Positions 7,498-14,962 of a stretch of DNA of 14,962 bases are shown one piece after another. Origin of the DNA: Candidatus Caldarchaeum sp. (GTDB lineage Archaea; Thermoproteota; Nitrososphaeria_A; Caldarchaeales; Caldarchaeaceae). Positions within the stretch are counted from its first letter, which is position 1. Each line of letters begins with the position of its first letter. The notes under the pieces are model-generated. The model ran no database searches. It was not told the DNA's origin and saw nothing but the letters and a program-made list of their open reading frames with translations. The DNA lies in the NCBI GenBank assembly GCA_038844785.1, contig JAWBRA010000034.1, forward strand, positions 1 to 14,962, in the 5' to 3' direction. A program made the translations under genes and the position numbers.

Positions 7498-8640
7498 ATG
7501 CTGGCTTACGTGAAAAGCCGTGAGGTTCTCTGCTCTATCTTGCTTCAGCTCAGTCTAGCGGTTTTTCTAGCCCACGGCTATGATTTTCGCGTCAACTATG
7601 TGGCTGGCAGAAACGTTGTGTTAGGCAGGTCACCTTACGTGGGAGGGGTTGTTGAAGGCGTGCTTGCAGAAGGATACGGCAGCCATGTTCAGGGCTTGGG
7701 TGAGACACCTTTATGGGCTCTCTACACAGGCTTAGCGTACTCCCTGTCCTCAGGCAACCTGTTTTTCTTCAACACATTGTTAAAAACACCCATCATAGCG
7801 GCTAACATCTTTCTCAGCTACCTAATGATGAAAAGAGGTGGCGACCGATTCTTCTTCCTCTACAACCCCTACCTTCTTTTAGTGAGCTCTGTTTGGGGGA
7901 AACCTGACAACATAGCTGTTTTACTGGCGTTGACGGCTGTGGGCTGCGGCTGGGGCCCTCTGTCAGCGGCTGCTTCGTTGATGGTCAAGCCTCTGGCTTT
8001 AGCCATAGCACCCTCTTTCATAGCCCTATGGCGGAGGTCGGGGGACAGAATCCTCTACTGGCTTGCTTCATCAGCTGTAATGTTTTTCACTCCTTTCCTC
8101 CTGCTTGGATGGCCTTTGGAAAACGTTGTTTACGGAGTTTTCAACTGGTTTAAACCTGCGGGCGGAATATCGGTGTTTAACTTTGTTGAAGCTGTTTACG
8201 GTGTTTCGACGCTTCCCCAATGGCTTGAGCCGCTGTCATATCTTTCAGCCGCGTCCTTGGCTGTTGTGTTGTTATTGGCTGTTAAACATCCGCCTGCGGA
8301 CGCTGACGGCGTTTTACGTTTAGGGCTTGTTTCAGCCTCGCTTTTCCTCAGCCTTCGACCGTGGGTTTCAGAGCAGAATCTCCTGATCATCCATTCCCTC
8401 TTTCTCCTTGTCTGCGGCAGGCTGCCATCCCGTCTGCTCTGGGTCGTTCCCCTCATCTTCGCAGCCGTAAACCTCGCCATACCCCAGCAGCTCTATCTAC
8501 TAAGGCCCTTGATAGTCGAGGAGCTTACCATCCTCAACCATCCAGCCCGCTACTGGCTCAAGTTCGCCACGTCGATTGCATGGCTAACCGTTCTCTGGAA
8601 TATTTTGATAAGAAAAAAGTTGTGGAAATGGTGGGTTTGA
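7498..8640 (+). CDS. Polytopic membrane glycosyltransferase, GT-C fold (GT87/DUF2029/PIG-M-like)
   Basis: About 10 hydrophobic segments, HGYD after TM1, LLKTPII.AN, LYNPY...VSSVWGKPD (compare WGQxD), SLMVKP and VSEQN. ATG at 7498. Confidence 0.65.
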   Translation: MLAYVKSREVLCSILLQLSLAVFLAHGYDFRVNYVAGRNVVLGRSPYVGGVVEGVLAEGYGSHVQGLGETPLWALYTGLAYSLSSGNLFFFNTLLKTPIIAANIFLSYLMMKRGGDRFFFLYNPYLLLVSSVWGKPDNIAVLLALTAVGCGWGPLSAAASLMVKPLALAIAPSFIALWRRSGDRILYWLASSAVMFFTPFLLLGWPLENVVYGVFNWFKPAGGISVFNFVEAVYGVSTLPQWLEPLSYLSAASLAVVLLLAVKHPPADADGVLRLGLVSASLFLSLRPWVSEQNLLIIHSLFLLVCGRLPSRLLWVVPLIFAAVNLAIPQQLYLLRPLIVEELTILNHPARYWLKFATSIAWLTVLWNILIRKKLWKWWV

Positions 8641-9305
8641 AAGCCTTAGTCATAGGTTTAGCTGCAACACATTTCCTATGGGGGCTATCACTCTTTCTGG
8701 AGCCCGGCAGATACGTGTTCAAGCCAGTAATTCCGTCTTTGTTCGCCTTAATCCATATGTTTGTCTCGCTTCTTCTGGCCGTAGGCTATGTGAGGGAGGG
8801 GGCTGTCGCAGGGTCAACACTCCTCGCCTACTACTGGTTTTTCGTCAAACCCATGGAGCCGATAGCCGAACCTCAGACCGTTGGCATACTGGCCATCACG
8901 CTTGCTTTGCTGTCGCGTCCGCTGTTAAAACCGTACGGCAACATGAGTAGCGGGGTGGAAGATGTTTTGATTCGGCTGGGGCTTGCTTATCCGTTCGTGG
9001 AATGGGGTTTAGACGCGTTAAGAAACCCCCTCCACTTCAAATCATACCTCTCGATAAACCCATTAACACGCAACCTCATACCCGCAGGCCTTTTAGACCA
9101 CGCGGTCTTAAGCTTAGCAGCTGTCGAGCTTTCTCTCGCCTTTCTCGTCTTATCAGGATTGTTTAGACGCTGGACTTGCATGATGGTTGTCGCTGTACTT
9201 GTCGTGTTCTCTGTGGTTGCCGGATACCCGCTTGCGCTGCCGCAGAACATAGCCCTTGCTTCAGCGGCCTACTCAAGGCTCAGAGTAACGTTTACTAAGG
9301 GCTGA
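8628..9305 (+). CDS. Membrane protein with two DoxX-like repeats
   Basis: The likely start is ATG 8628, overlapping the upstream stop region. The two halves are IGLAATHFLWGL...LLLAVG...PQTVGI and RLGLAYPFVEWGL...ELSLAFLVLSG...PQNIAL, both resembling the DoxX pattern. Confidence 0.55.
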   Translation: MVGLKALVIGLAATHFLWGLSLFLEPGRYVFKPVIPSLFALIHMFVSLLLAVGYVREGAVAGSTLLAYYWFFVKPMEPIAEPQTVGILAITLALLSRPLLKPYGNMSSGVEDVLIRLGLAYPFVEWGLDALRNPLHFKSYLSINPLTRNLIPAGLLDHAVLSLAAVELSLAFLVLSGLFRRWTCMMVVAVLVVFSVVAGYPLALPQNIALASAAYSRLRVTFTKG

Positions 9306-9324
9306 AACAGCTTTGCAGAGTAAG

Positions 9325-10059
9325 ATGCGCAAACAGTTTATCGACGCCGCTCTTATTCTCACAGCTTTCACGTCGGTTTTTCTGCCGCCTGACATAGGGC
9401 AGCTACACATGGTGGTGGGCTTCTCTTTCATAGTCATATGCCTTGTGCATGTTTTCACATATCTCAACAGAGCGGTTGTGTATGCGGCTGCTTCTTTTGC
9501 AACCGGCCTTGTTTCAGAGCTGTACGGCGTTAATTACGGCATCCCTTTTGGCGCCAAATACCAGTATATCGGAGCTGCTTCAACACCGATGTTGTTTGGA
9601 GCCGTGCCCCTTAACATTCCTCTCCTTTGGCTGAGCCTCGGCTATCTTGCACTCCACCTAGGCCGTTCTTTTACATGTTCGTTCTCGTGGATTCCTCTCT
9701 CATCCCTTTTTCTTGTCTTCCTCGACGTCATGATCGACCCCGTTTTAAACGGTAGGCTTTGGATATGGTTGACGCCCGGCGAATTCTACGGCGTGCCGCT
9801 GCTGAACTTCGTGGGTTGGTTCGCGGTATCCGCGTTGTTTTACTCGGTATACCATGTCTTAGAGGGCCGGCCTAAGAGCTTGTCTCCAGCAGCCATTGTG
9901 GCTTTCGTGGTGATTGCGTTAAACATGGCTTTCGCAAACTTGGTTAACGGGATGTGGCTGGCTACTGCCGTTGGGCTGCCGCCCATTCTCATCGCATCCG
10001 CTATAGCTTTAGGGAGACAAGTGTTCCGTCGAAAAAGCGATTCTACAACTGTTCAGTAG
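9325..10059 (+). CDS. CruF-like (DUF422/Caroten_synth) membrane hydratase
   Basis: E..GV.YGIPFG.KYQY, VPL.IP..W, D..IDPV, and W.W...G.FYGVPL.NF.GW are the CruF family signature motifs. Confidence 0.82.
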   Translation: MRKQFIDAALILTAFTSVFLPPDIGQLHMVVGFSFIVICLVHVFTYLNRAVVYAAASFATGLVSELYGVNYGIPFGAKYQYIGAASTPMLFGAVPLNIPLLWLSLGYLALHLGRSFTCSFSWIPLSSLFLVFLDVMIDPVLNGRLWIWLTPGEFYGVPLLNFVGWFAVSALFYSVYHVLEGRPKSLSPAAIVAFVVIALNMAFANLVNGMWLATAVGLPPILIASAIALGRQVFRRKSDSTTVQ

Positions 10060-10060
10060 T

Positions 10061-11440
10061 TCAAGCCATCTTCTTGAATTTGTGGTCGGTGTAGAGCTCC
10101 CATGGCTTGAGGAAGATGTAGAGCGGGCCAAGCTTTTTCCTCAGCCTAGCCTGCGTCACAGCCTTCCACATACCGTACTTTAGCTTGTCGATGCTGAAAT
10201 CATGTTTGAAGAGGAGGCGGTGGTCATAGCCGTGAAGAGGTTTCTCCCACTCCTCCGCCAGCATCCTATCCTTCACCATTTCGTAAAGCTTCGTCCCCGG
10301 AAGAGGGTATGGAACGGTCATCGAAAAATAGTCCAACGGCAGGCTTGAGGCAAGCTTGATTGTTTTAAGCATTGTTTCGTTCGTCTCACCGGGGTATCCT
10401 AGTATGAAGAAGCCTCCGACCTTTATCCCCTGCTTGACAGCTGTGTAAACGGCTTTCTTAGACTGTGCAACCGTCAGCTGCTTGTTCATAAGCTTGAGAG
10501 TACGGTCGTCGCCTGCCTCGAGGCCGAAAATAACCTTGTGACATCCAGCGCGTTTCATCGCTTTAGCGACTTCGGCATCCATTAGGTCGGCTCTTGCGAG
10601 GCACTCCCATAAAACGTCAAGCCTCCGCTCCGTTATTTCCTGGCATAGCCGTATGACATGTTTCTTGTTGGCGATGAAAAGCTCGTCAGCGAACCAGATT
10701 CTCTCATAACCAAACCTATACCTGATTTCCTCCATTTCATCTACGATGTTTTCAGGGCTTCTGAACCTGTAGAAACGCCCATAGTCTGGCCTCCAGCAAA
10801 AATTGCATGAGAAAGGACAGCCACGTGAAGCTATCATCGAAGTCATCGTGTAACCATAGTTTCTTCGATAGTATTGCTTGTAGAGGTCGTTGTCGTAAAG
10901 GTCTCTGGCTGGGAAAGGTAGGTTGTCTAAGTTTTTTATCAGGGGCCTTTGCCCGGTGAATATGTGGCTGCCTCCGTTGACCTGAATTGTTAAAACAGTT
11001 TTTTTGAAGATGTGTTTTGACAGGTGTAAACCCTTTACCCGCTCAAGCTTCATGCCGTTGTCCAGTTCGTTCATCAGCTCCAGCACGGTTTCCTCGCCCT
11101 CGCCTTGAACAACAACGTCAAACACGTCGAGGAACTTCTGGGGGTATGCCGAAGGCATAGGCCCTCCTGCGACAAGAAGCTCAACCCTTTCCCTCAACGC
11201 AGAAGCTATCTCTAAAGCAGGCCCCACCATCGAGAGCATGCTGTATATTCCGACAACCCTCGACTGGCAGGCATCCCTCACAACGTCCTCCATCTTCTTG
11301 AAAGTGCAGTCGATAACCTTGACTTTGTAACCATGGTGTCGTAGGCATGCTGCGATGTAGCCTATTCCGAGCGGTGGAAACTTGAAAGACTTCGAGCGGC
11401 CGTCGTCAAAATATGGAAAGATGAGGGTTAAATCATTCAA
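10061..11440 (-). CDS. Cobalamin-binding radical SAM enzyme (class B/BchE-like)
   Basis: PPLGIGYIAA, GGPMPS and GEGEET in the B12 domain. SRGCPFSCNFC (CxxxCxxC), RSPENIVDE, GLEAG and GYPGET in the radical SAM domain. The likely start is TTG at 11440, overlapping the upstream stop (TTGAATGA). Confidence 0.92.
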   Translation of the reverse strand: MNDLTLIFPYFDDGRSKSFKFPPLGIGYIAACLRHHGYKVKVIDCTFKKMEDVVRDACQSRVVGIYSMLSMVGPALEIASALRERVELLVAGGPMPSAYPQKFLDVFDVVVQGEGEETVLELMNELDNGMKLERVKGLHLSKHIFKKTVLTIQVNGGSHIFTGQRPLIKNLDNLPFPARDLYDNDLYKQYYRRNYGYTMTSMIASRGCPFSCNFCWRPDYGRFYRFRSPENIVDEMEEIRYRFGYERIWFADELFIANKKHVIRLCQEITERRLDVLWECLARADLMDAEVAKAMKRAGCHKVIFGLEAGDDRTLKLMNKQLTVAQSKKAVYTAVKQGIKVGGFFILGYPGETNETMLKTIKLASSLPLDYFSMTVPYPLPGTKLYEMVKDRMLAEEWEKPLHGYDHRLLFKHDFSIDKLKYGMWKAVTQARLRKKLGPLYIFLKPWELYTDHKFKKMA

Positions 11441-12209
11441 GCTTCTTGAACACCACGCTGTAGCTGAGCTTGTTTTCTCCAGCTGGAACCTCGAGGCTGA
11501 CGCCGGCCCAGTCAAGCCTTCTGCCCAAAACCTCCCTACCCACGTAAGCAGTGACATCGCTTCCTCTGTGGACGGACATCACAAGCTTTAGGGAAGGCGA
11601 CACAAGCTCCACGACGCCCTCCCGTAACTTCATCCAAGGAGGTATGGGTTTTCTCACGCCGTCAACCCTCATGTGGGTGAAAAGCCGTCCCGAAAGCTCG
11701 TTGGCCACCAGCACACGCATTTTTCTAGGCGTGTTACGACGTACAGCTATTTCCACTCTACAACCGTTTATCAGATATTCTACGTCCACATGGCCGTATG
11801 TTTTGAGACGCAGGTAACGGCTTTTCACACCCGCCAGCGTCCTTCCAGCCATCAGCATGAAGTAGAAAGGCCTCAGCGGCCTGCTTTCTAGGTAGAGAGG
11901 AGCTAGAACCGTCCGCAGCTTTTTATAGAGAGGGTCAACGCACGCTGCTGAAAAATATTTCACGGACACGCCGTTGAGCAGTACTTTCCTAGAGGCTCTA
12001 CTGCCGTCCACCTGCTTTGTTTCCGCGTGGAGAGGGAAGATGGCCCGTTTGCCTAAAATTCCTACAACCCCTCCCAAACCCATCCCCTCACCAACTAAAA
12101 ATACGCCGTCTAAAACAGGGCCGAGACCGCGTACAACCCCGTCAATCTCGTGGAAAGGGTCTGAGGGGATGTTAAACGTGAAGGAAAGTCCTTCAAACGG
12201 TCTATTCAT
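11433..12209 (-). CDS. Hypothetical protein, translationally coupled to the radical SAM gene
   Basis: 258 aa ORF filling the gap, with an 8-nt start/stop overlap. It looks beta-rich and has a GEGMGLG motif. No family recognised. Confidence 0.75.
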   Translation of the reverse strand: MNRPFEGLSFTFNIPSDPFHEIDGVVRGLGPVLDGVFLVGEGMGLGGVVGILGKRAIFPLHAETKQVDGSRASRKVLLNGVSVKYFSAACVDPLYKKLRTVLAPLYLESRPLRPFYFMLMAGRTLAGVKSRYLRLKTYGHVDVEYLINGCRVEIAVRRNTPRKMRVLVANELSGRLFTHMRVDGVRKPIPPWMKLREGVVELVSPSLKLVMSVHRGSDVTAYVGREVLGRRLDWAGVSLEVPAGENKLSYSVVFKKLE

Positions 12210-12263
12210 CAGCCGCAGCGTTTTGTGTTGGCAGATAATGTTTTGCCGAAATTTGGGCGGAGT

Positions 12264-12311
12264 TGTAGAAAGGTTTCACAGCGGTTAATATTAATTGAAT
12301 CGTTGTTACAT
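12264..12311. promoter_or_regulatory. Divergent promoter region with palindromic elements
   Basis: Lies between divergent starts at 12209 and 12380. Contains TGTAG-N7-TCACA (12264-12280), the perfect palindrome TTAATATTAA (12285-12294) and GTTGTTACAT (12302-12311). Confidence 0.4.
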
Positions 12312-12379
12312 CACGGGGTTAAAAACCGCAAGATTTGGGGAAACTCTTTTCTCTTTTCCCGTCAGCCCGAAAAACAGCT

Positions 12380-14302
12380 ATGACGTTCCTGCAGTCGGTA
12401 ATCACCGTTGTCTTCCTGACAATATCAGCTGTCCTCCCCCTCTACCTCGCCGCATACGTTCAGCTTCTTATCGCATCACGACGCTACACACATCCCCTGC
12501 CGACGGCGCTGAAACAGTACCCGACCGTTTCCATCCACCTACCGATCTTCAACGAAAAACATGTTGTAGCGAGGTTGGTGAACGCCGTCTGCAGGCTTGA
12601 CTATCCGTTCGACAAGCTTGAGATAGTGGTGGTCGACGACTCCATGGACGAAACATCGAGAATCTGTGAAGAGCTGGTGCGGAGACATAGGTCTCAAGGC
12701 GTTAACATAACCTACATCAAACGTGATAACAGGACGGGGTTCAAAGCTGGAGCACTACAACACGCGCTCCAAAACTCTAGAGGAGAATTCATAGCGGTTT
12801 TTGACGCAGACTTCATCCCTCAACCAGACTTCCTCAAGAAAATTCTCACCTACTTCTCAGACGAGAAAGTCGGAGTTGTACAGGCAAGATGGGGTCATCT
12901 CAACCGAGATTATTCTACGTTGACGTCGGCACAAGCCCTCAGCCTAGACCTCCATTTCATAGTGGAGCAGAAAGGACGCTTCGCTGGCGGATACTTTCTA
13001 AACTTCAACGGCACAGCCGGTGTTTGGAGAAGAAAATGCATAGAAGATGCTGGAGGCTGGAGAGACTCTCTCGCAGAAGACCTAGACCTAAGCTATAGAG
13101 CTCAGCTGAAAGGCTGGCGGGTTGTTTACGTGGATGATGTCGTCGTCCCAGCTGAGATACCGGTGCAGATGAAGGCTGTTCGAAGACAACAGTATAGATG
13201 GGCCTACGGAGCCGTGCAAACAACTCTCAGATACCTGTTTCAAATAATTGCTTCAAAGCTGTCGGCAGCCGTGAAGATACAAGCCATCATCCATTTAACG
13301 AGACATGTTCCCCAGCTTCTCCTCACAGCACAGGTTTTGATGGTTCCCTTTGTTGCATCCAGCATAAAGACGCGTTTTGACTTTATGGCTGGATGGATGG
13401 CTCTTTATCCGTTGCTTGTGACATTATCGCTGCTTCTGACCGCGAAAACTTTTCTCAAACAGCAGTACAACAGCCTGCCAAGGTTTGTCAAGGATGTGTT
13501 GATGATGTTTCTCTGGGGTTTGGGCATGTCCGTCAACAACTCCATGGCTGTCATCCATGCTTTTCTAAAGCGGGATTTAGTGTTTGAGAGAACGCCGAAG
13601 TTCGGAATAGTGGGTAGAAGAGGCAGCTGGAGGAAAAGCAGTTACTCTATACTGCATGAACCATATGTGGTATTTGACTTTGTAATCGGCGCATACAGCC
13701 TTTACGCTTCATTGTATTGTTTCTACACACGTGCCTACTCATTCCTTCCCCTGACAACTCTGTACACTCTCTCCCTCCTCTACACAGCGTTCACGTCGAT
13801 TGCACAAAGGCCGCGTCAAAACAAACCAACACGCAGCAATACCCAAGCCTATGCTGTAACCCTAGCGTCAGCCATCGTGTTCACGGTGGCTGCAGTACAG
13901 TCTTTCGCATCCATAGTCCACCCCCTAGAAACATCAATCTCATCCATTGAGAGAGCTGTTTCCTCAGCTGACTATACAGAGGTCGTTGCACTTTTGGATG
14001 AAGCGGTTGAACTGCTGCCCGCTCAGGGCAATCCGGTCTGGATACTGCCGACAGCAAGAACAGACTACAGACTGATAAGACACGACCTACAGTCCATCAA
14101 GGAAAGGATGGAGAACATAAACAGAAACGACATCGAATCATATCATGCGGCTGCAGAGGATGCGCGATACGCTTTAAACGAGGTGGTTGAACAGCTTCGC
14201 CGCATCCAGCCCTACGCATGGCTCAGCGTCTCCAACCTTTCAGCATCCCTCATCATCGCATTATCTTTTCTCTACAGATTGGTGAGGGAAAGCCATGGGT
14301 AG
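12380..14302 (+). CDS. Cellulose-synthase-like processive GT2 glycosyltransferase with an extra C-terminal TM-helical-TM domain
   Basis: VVDDS, GFKAGAL, FDADF, FNGTAGVWR, AEDLDL, QQYRW (D,D,D,QxxRW) and FERTPK, with multiple TM helices. The last ~150 aa resemble the next ORF. ATG at 12380 is preferred. Confidence 0.92.
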   Translation: MTFLQSVITVVFLTISAVLPLYLAAYVQLLIASRRYTHPLPTALKQYPTVSIHLPIFNEKHVVARLVNAVCRLDYPFDKLEIVVVDDSMDETSRICEELVRRHRSQGVNITYIKRDNRTGFKAGALQHALQNSRGEFIAVFDADFIPQPDFLKKILTYFSDEKVGVVQARWGHLNRDYSTLTSAQALSLDLHFIVEQKGRFAGGYFLNFNGTAGVWRRKCIEDAGGWRDSLAEDLDLSYRAQLKGWRVVYVDDVVVPAEIPVQMKAVRRQQYRWAYGAVQTTLRYLFQIIASKLSAAVKIQAIIHLTRHVPQLLLTAQVLMVPFVASSIKTRFDFMAGWMALYPLLVTLSLLLTAKTFLKQQYNSLPRFVKDVLMMFLWGLGMSVNNSMAVIHAFLKRDLVFERTPKFGIVGRRGSWRKSSYSILHEPYVVFDFVIGAYSLYASLYCFYTRAYSFLPLTTLYTLSLLYTAFTSIAQRPRQNKPTRSNTQAYAVTLASAIVFTVAAVQSFASIVHPLETSISSIERAVSSADYTEVVALLDEAVELLPAQGNPVWILPTARTDYRLIRHDLQSIKERMENINRNDIESYHAAAEDARYALNEVVEQLRRIQPYAWLSVSNLSASLIIALSFLYRLVRESHG

Positions 14303-14780
14303 GAAAACTTTTGCGTTAACACTTTATCTCTTTGCAGGTCTTGCGATAGCCGTTGCCGCATATGTTCAAGACATATATCCGCTGGAGCAGGCTGTCGGAT
14401 ATCTCAGCAGAGCTCAGTCCGCTGCATACGCTGAAGACATGGCCGCCTACGCCGCTCAAGCTCTGCGACTGCTGCCAAAAGAGGGGAACCCTGTCTGGAT
14501 ATTCCCAACAAAACGAACCGACTTCCAATTGATTAGAAACGACATGACCTCGATGATAGCTAGGCTTGAAGCCGTCGCAGCAACTCCACGGGAAAGCGGG
14601 GCTTACGCCCAAACTTTAAACGATTTAAGGGGAAAGATGGGGGTTGTTATAAACCAGATATACGAGGCGATGCCCTACATCATCTTTAAGCCAGCTAACG
14701 TTGCGGCTGCATCAGCCTACCTGCTGACCCCAATGATAACGCACAAAATTTTAAAGCATAAAAATAGCCGACGTGTATAA
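14295..14780 (+). CDS. Hypothetical two-TM membrane protein paralogous to the GT2 C-terminal domain
   Basis: Overlaps the GT2 stop. LLPKEGNPVWIFPTKRTDFQLIRND matches LLPAQGNPVWILPTARTDYRLIRHD in the GT2. Confidence 0.85.
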   Translation: MGRKTFALTLYLFAGLAIAVAAYVQDIYPLEQAVGYLSRAQSAAYAEDMAAYAAQALRLLPKEGNPVWIFPTKRTDFQLIRNDMTSMIARLEAVAATPRESGAYAQTLNDLRGKMGVVINQIYEAMPYIIFKPANVAAASAYLLTPMITHKILKHKNSRRV

Positions 14781-14831
14781 AGACCACCATAGATATGGTG
14801 ACATTTTACTTGACAACCAGCTTGGCTTGCA

Positions 14832-14865
14832 TACCCAGCTCATAATGGCTTATCGGAGCTGGGTA
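14832..14865. repeat. Inverted repeat / hairpin
   Basis: TACCCAGCTC (14832-14841) pairs perfectly with GAGCTGGGTA (14856-14865). An inner ATAA/TTAT pair extends the stem across a 2-nt bulge. Confidence 0.7.
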
Positions 14866-14962
14866 AGCTATAGTGCATAGGATATTGTAAACCCCCCTCT
14901 CTGTGAACATAATTTCCACTGTTGTTACATTTCGCGGATAAAGTATTGTTACAAGCTCCTTT

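Noticed and set aside
8361-8627. N-terminal extension of ORF 8361..9305
   Set aside because: It overlaps the GT-C gene out of frame and is not protein-like. ATG 8628 gives normal operon coupling.
11441-11557. N-terminal extension of the radical SAM ORF
   Set aside because: It overlaps the upstream gene. TTG 11440 fits the expected start of the B12 domain.
230-14612. Numerous short alternative-frame or antisense ORFs in the track (e.g. 230..517, 607..942, 1679..2128, 5040..5330, 7083..7376, 11974..12288, 12295..12600, 14316..14612)
   Set aside because: They lie within well-supported genes and have no motifs, so they are shadow ORFs.
14881-14962. Start of a CRISPR array or leader
   Set aside because: The repeated unit is only 8-10 nt with a 24-nt period, too short for a repeat-spacer structure. 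Sequence beyond the window would be needed.

Overview
Archaeal genomic DNA. The gene content, apparently leaderless starts and TATA-like boxes fit a TACK-group thermophile, possibly Aigarchaeota/Caldarchaeales-like (inference). Block 1 (1-1500, visibly more AT-rich) is a decayed accessory module: the right end of an IS6-family element has truncated a TOPRIM/DUF3226-like gene, and the upstream ABC/AAA_21-type ATPase carries a frameshift and an in-frame stop. Block 2 holds a site-2 protease, a HEPN-MNT pair and a minus-strand run thiI > SagB/ThcOx-like double nitroreductase > ttuA/ncsA, so two tRNA thiolases flank a flavoprotein. Block 3 (7498-14780) is a membrane/envelope modification cluster: GT-C glycosyltransferase, tandem-DoxX-like protein, CruF-like hydratase, B12-binding radical SAM enzyme with a translationally coupled hypothetical protein, and a cellulose-synthase-like GT2. 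The C-terminal extra domain of the GT2 is repeated as a stand-alone gene immediately downstream. The best candidates for an undescribed system are this GT2 plus duplicated GNPVW domain pair and the surrounding putative lipid/glycolipid modification cluster. All family calls come from reading motifs by eye, without database searches.
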